Source of the DNA: an uncultured virus (IMG/VR IMGVR_UViG_3300035505_000652)
Taxonomy: Duplodnaviria > Heunggongvirae > Uroviricota > Caudoviricetes
DNA length: 20,000 bases
IMG/VR virus record: IMGVR_UViG_3300035505_000652
Strand: one strand, 5' to 3'
Shown here one piece after another: positions 16,705 through 20,000 of the stretch; within the stretch, counting starts at the first letter, position 1; every line of letters starts with the position of its first letter. Under the pieces are notes generated by a model. The model had not been told where the DNA came from, did not search any database, and worked only from the letters and a program-made list of their open reading frames with translations. A program made the position numbers and the translations under genes.

Positions 16705-17204
16705 ATTCAATCCCTCCTTATTTTTTAATAATAGCATTAATGATGAGAATTATCAAGAGGGTTTTAAAATTAGGTAATTCTTTTTTAATAAATTAAAAAT
16801 TTTACCAGTTTGATTTAAGCAATATTTTTAATACAAGCATATATGGCTTGGATTGTTTTAAAAATTACCACCTTGGCCATTATTCCAATTAAGTTATATT
16901 TTGAATACAAAAAAACCATGACATGGATTGCATAAAATCCCAAATTACCATTTTGGTTTGAATTGAGCTTGAAAGAACCGCATCATTCCCCAAATTAAAT
17001 CTTCAATATTCTCAAAGAGAATATTCCATTAAATAAATTATAATCCTTAAAATCATATATCTCCATGGAGGGTTTTAAAAAGAGGAAAAATGAATATTAA
17101 AGGAGATTAAAAGACCAAATTAAAATATCTTGTTTTTAGATAAAGCTGTCTTTTTTTTATTAAGTAATACTTGCCTTGGCTTTTATCATTTAAAGGAAAA
17201 TAAA

Positions 17205-17230
17205 AGAACACATTAGATGCAATGTGTTCT
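17205..17230 (-). terminator. Terminator hairpin
   Basis: agaacacatt-agatgc-aatgtgttct with a T-rich tail on the minus strand. Confidence 0.65.
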
Positions 17231-17244
17231 CTTTAATAAAGTAA

Positions 17245-17826
17245 TTATATGGCATAATAATTCTTAAGCCAATCATCCTTCATCAAAAGATTGGTTTCTT
17301 TTTCTTGATGGAGTGTATATTCAATTTTATTGAATTTCTTTTTTAAATAAGATACAAAAAGGTCTCCATCATCAAAATACTTTTCCTCCATATTAGACGT
17401 AAGGTGATACATATAGAAGAATAATTCATTGTCATTTGTAATCCCCCTTGCATCCACATAATAGACCTCCCTTTCAATATTGATAGTGCAATATGCATGG
17501 ATTAGGTTAAAGCCTTTTTTATTGTCTATGACTATCGCATGTATTGGATAGCCAAACCTTTTATTTAGCATCAAGGCAAACTCATCACAATATCCATCCA
17601 AGTATTTTTCAAGGTTTATTGGGCAAAGTTCTTCTTGGCTGAAAGATTCATCAATGTTATTTAAAAAGCCAAAATACTTTATCTCCTCCAATTCATCCTC
17701 AAATGTTTCTTCATCTAACTCATAACATTCCTTGTATGAAAAATAATCCTCATAAAATCCTTTGTAAAACATACAATGCTTTTTCTTGCATGAAAGATAA
17801 TCATCATAAAATCCTTTGAAAAACAT
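17245..17826 (-). CDS. Hypothetical protein with a possible papain/transglutaminase-like Cys-His-Asp triad
   Basis: YLDGYCDEFALML...IHAYC...YYVDARG; AAGGAGG RBS. Confidence 0.65.
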   Translation of the reverse strand: MFFKGFYDDYLSCKKKHCMFYKGFYEDYFSYKECYELDEETFEDELEEIKYFGFLNNIDESFSQEELCPINLEKYLDGYCDEFALMLNKRFGYPIHAIVIDNKKGFNLIHAYCTINIEREVYYVDARGITNDNELFFYMYHLTSNMEEKYFDDGDLFVSYLKKKFNKIEYTLHQEKETNLLMKDDWLKNYYAI

Positions 17827-17834
17827 ACAACGCC
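17728..17834. repeat. 54-bp tandem duplication spanning the start codon
   Basis: cttgtatgaaaaataatcctcataaaatcctttgtaaaacatacaa (from 17731) versus cttgcatgaaagataatcatcataaaatcctttgaaaaacatacaa (from 17785). Confidence 0.85.
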
Positions 17835-17840
17835 TCCTTT

Positions 17841-18491
17841 TTAAAAATAATCCATTCCAACAGCAAGCATAAACTCATCATAGTCAATATATTGCTTTGC
17901 TTTTAATAAAAGCTCATTTTTGTTCTTTTGAACCTCTTGAATATTTTCAAGTGAAACAAAATCCAAAGCTTTATTTTCAATATCGCTATTTGAACTAAGC
18001 TTGTTTGTATATAAAAGGTCTCTTTCATTATAAAACTCCACATAGACTCTTTTTATAATGAAGTTTGGAGTTTCCTCCATCCAATCAAAACCATATGCAT
18101 TAAAATCATCAACATCATAGATTACATCCAAATCCTTGATTTTTAAGTATCTTATCCTTGATGGTTTTAATGTTTGATTTTTTACCCATACCTCGCCAGT
18201 TTCAAAAGCATCTGGAACAAGTTCAAATTCATCCAATGTTTCAGAATCTACAAGGTTTTCATCTTCAATATCCCATTCATCAAATTCATAAAGACGGTAT
18301 ATCTCATGCAAACCCCTGTTATTCATTATGAGCTTATGCCCCCAAGGTGCGGCCATCAAACATCCTTCTATTGTTTCACAAAGACAAATTCTTGGTATCT
18401 TTCTATCTTCGCAAAGCATTTTATGGCTTGGAATGTGCGGGGTAAACAAATCAACTAATGGTTCAAACCCCCTGTCTAAATAATAGAACAT
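17841..18491 (-). CDS. Hypothetical phage-type protein (possible ADP-ribosyltransferase-like fold)
   Basis: ED..IPRICLC.TIEGCL.A and VPDA.ETGEVW motifs; AAAGGAG RBS. The fold assignment is tentative. Confidence 0.6.
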   Translation of the reverse strand: MFYYLDRGFEPLVDLFTPHIPSHKMLCEDRKIPRICLCETIEGCLMAAPWGHKLIMNNRGLHEIYRLYEFDEWDIEDENLVDSETLDEFELVPDAFETGEVWVKNQTLKPSRIRYLKIKDLDVIYDVDDFNAYGFDWMEETPNFIIKRVYVEFYNERDLLYTNKLSSNSDIENKALDFVSLENIQEVQKNKNELLLKAKQYIDYDEFMLAVGMDYF

Positions 18492-18571
18492 TGTTCCATC
18501 TCCTTTCTTTATTCTTTACATTATTATATGTTTCATTTTAAAAAAAATAGAAAATTAAGCAAAATTCCCTA

Positions 18572-18600
18572 TTGACAATGAAAGGTTTAGGCTTTATAAT
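18572..18600 (+). promoter_or_regulatory. Perfect sigmaA promoter for the rep leader mRNA
   Basis: TTGACA-N17-TATAAT. Confidence 0.9.
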
Positions 18601-18641
18601 TTAACTATATAAAATTTTTGTTTCAACAAAATTTTATGGAT

Positions 18642-18747
18642 AAAAAAAATAGGCCTTTAAGACCTAACAAATTGTCCAAATGATACATATCTTCACTGAT
18701 ATCATTTGTCGGACGAACTTTATAGAAATGAAACTTCTATAAGTTCA
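18642..18747 (-). ncRNA. Putative antisense (countertranscript) copy-control RNA, ~105 nt
   Basis: Perfect minus-strand promoter at 18754-18782; hairpins at 18715-18746 and 18672-18714; terminator taggtc-ttaaa-ggccta followed by T8 at 18642-18666. Confidence 0.75.
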
Positions 18748-18753
18748 AAAAAT

Positions 18754-18782
18754 ATTATATAATAAATCCATTAGGTTGTCAA
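18754..18782 (-). promoter_or_regulatory. Perfect sigmaA promoter, antisense to the rep leader
   Basis: Minus strand TTGACA-N17-TATAAT (plus strand tgtcaa 18777-18782, attata 18754-18759). Confidence 0.88.
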
Positions 18783-18839
18783 GACCTAACAAAAATTTTT
18801 ATATAAACAAAATTTTTTGAAACTTATAGAATTAAGGAA

Positions 18840-18880
18840 GCTTCTATCATTGTTCATCCAAACTATGATGGAAGTTTTTT
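18840..18880 (+). terminator. Attenuator-type terminator in the rep leader
   Basis: gcttctatcat (18840-18850) pairs with atgatggaagt (18865-18875), followed by TTTTT, 60 nt before the rep ATG. Confidence 0.7.
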
Positions 18881-18940
18881 ATTTGGACAAAAGGGTTTGT
18901 TTTAAAAAGGAAAGTTACATTAAAAGAAAGGAGAGGTATA

Positions 18941-20000
18941 ATGCCAAAGAAACGCTGGAGCAGGAGGGACCTTGCGAATATGTCGGCGACAATGGTTGTT
19001 AAGGAAGAAAAACGTGTCCCTTTAAAGGAAAAATTGACAGACTATGAAATATCCGTCATCCAAAACTACATAAAGATGATGTTCCCAGAAAAGATGTACG
19101 TAGGCCAGGAAAATGAAAAGGAAAATGACGCCTACATTGTCTTCAGGGACAGGAGGGATATTTATTTAAGGGCTATACGAGTATGCGACGCCTATGACAT
19201 CCACTTATTGGAGAAGGACTTAAATAAGATGTCCAGCCTTGACTTGGAGATGACGTTCAACACCTTCAGGGATTTCAAGACAACCCAATCCCATATGTAC
19301 AGCATCAACTGCATGGTAATCGATATTGACTTCAAAAAGGTTGAAGGCTACACTTCATGGGAACAGGTATTGTATTGGCTTGAACAGGACTATTTTGACA
19401 AGGTAATCCCAAAGCCAACCATTATCGAGCATGGCAACTGTATGAGGTTAATCTATATATTGGAGGAACCCATCTATATCGCCAAGAAAGCCAAGTTTAG
19501 GGGATTTATAAGCACAATCCAAGGAAGGCTTACACGCAAGTTGAGTGAGTTCGGCGGGGACTGCCAGCTTATCAATTCATACGTAAGATTGCCAGGCTCA
19601 ATCAATACAAAGACAAATGACAAGGTTGAATGGCTTCAATATTCAAATGAAAGGCTTTCCCTTCAAGACATAGTGGATGAATACGTGGAAAAGCCTTCTT
19701 GGTACAAGACAAGACAGGAGCTTAAAGAGCAGAACCTCCACCATCATGCTATTAATTGGCAATTGCACAATGCAAAGCTTTTGGAGGATGTTGTAAAGCT
19801 CCAAGCCAAGTATAACGCAATCGAGGATTTTGGACATAGGGAGAACCTTTGCTTTTTATACAAGAACTATTGTGTGCTTAACGGGTATGACTGCAAGGTT
19901 GCAGACCAAATGACCAAGGAGTTCAATAAAAACTTTAACGTCCCTTTAAATGAAAGGAAGATGCTTTCAAGCATAAGGAACGTGGGCAGGACCGACAAGA
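18941..20000 (+). CDS. Plasmid replication initiator, AEP-like/PriCT (pAMbeta1 RepE / pIP404-like); runs off the right edge
   Basis: Not in the ORF track; translated by hand from ATG 18941 (RBS AAGGAGAGGT): ...MVIDIDFK...IPKPTIIEHGNCMRLIYILEEP...VRLPGSINTKT...GHRENLCFLY...EFNKNFNVPLNE. No stop codon before 20000. Confidence 0.8.
   Translation, partial: MPKKRWSRRDLANMSATMVVKEEKRVPLKEKLTDYEISVIQNYIKMMFPEKMYVGQENEKENDAYIVFRDRRDIYLRAIRVCDAYDIHLLEKDLNKMSSLDLEMTFNTFRDFKTTQSHMYSINCMVIDIDFKKVEGYTSWEQVLYWLEQDYFDKVIPKPTIIEHGNCMRLIYILEEPIYIAKKAKFRGFISTIQGRLTRKLSEFGGDCQLINSYVRLPGSINTKTNDKVEWLQYSNERLSLQDIVDEYVEKPSWYKTRQELKEQNLHHHAINWQLHNAKLLEDVVKLQAKYNAIEDFGHRENLCFLYKNYCVLNGYDCKVADQMTKEFNKNFNVPLNERKMLSSIRNVGRTDK

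Noticed and set aside
18817..19002. 61-aa ORF as a rep leader peptide or Cop protein
   Set aside because: TTG start without RBS, crosses the attenuator and overlaps rep out of frame; no HTH or RHH pattern.

Overview
AT-rich, low-GC Firmicutes-type (probably Clostridia) DNA that looks like part of a large extrachromosomal element (megaplasmid or phage-plasmid). It has about 23 mostly independently promoted genes and no chromosomal housekeeping synteny. The window ends in a pAMbeta1/pIP404-like AEP-fold replication initiator. Upstream of it are two convergent perfect sigmaA promoters and an apparent antisense-RNA/attenuator module. Cargo includes scattered Ter-stress-system components (vWA-TerF-like, YceG-like, a very divergent TerD-like protein, Ter-type ATP-grasp), NAD-related enzymes (PncA-like, sirtuin), envelope genes (LCP, TraX, two DUF805) and phage-type proteins. 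Three observations stand out. (1) A dispersed family of 25-26 bp palindromes with compensatory changes and a conserved one-sided flank sits in the long intergenic gaps. (2) A ~300 nt GC-rich structured putative ncRNA has its own promoter and terminator. (3) Several full-length homologues have lost their catalytic motifs (cyclophilin, TerD, DUF262, and an HPr-like protein with Asp at the Ser46 position). All family calls come from motif recognition by eye; no searches were run.
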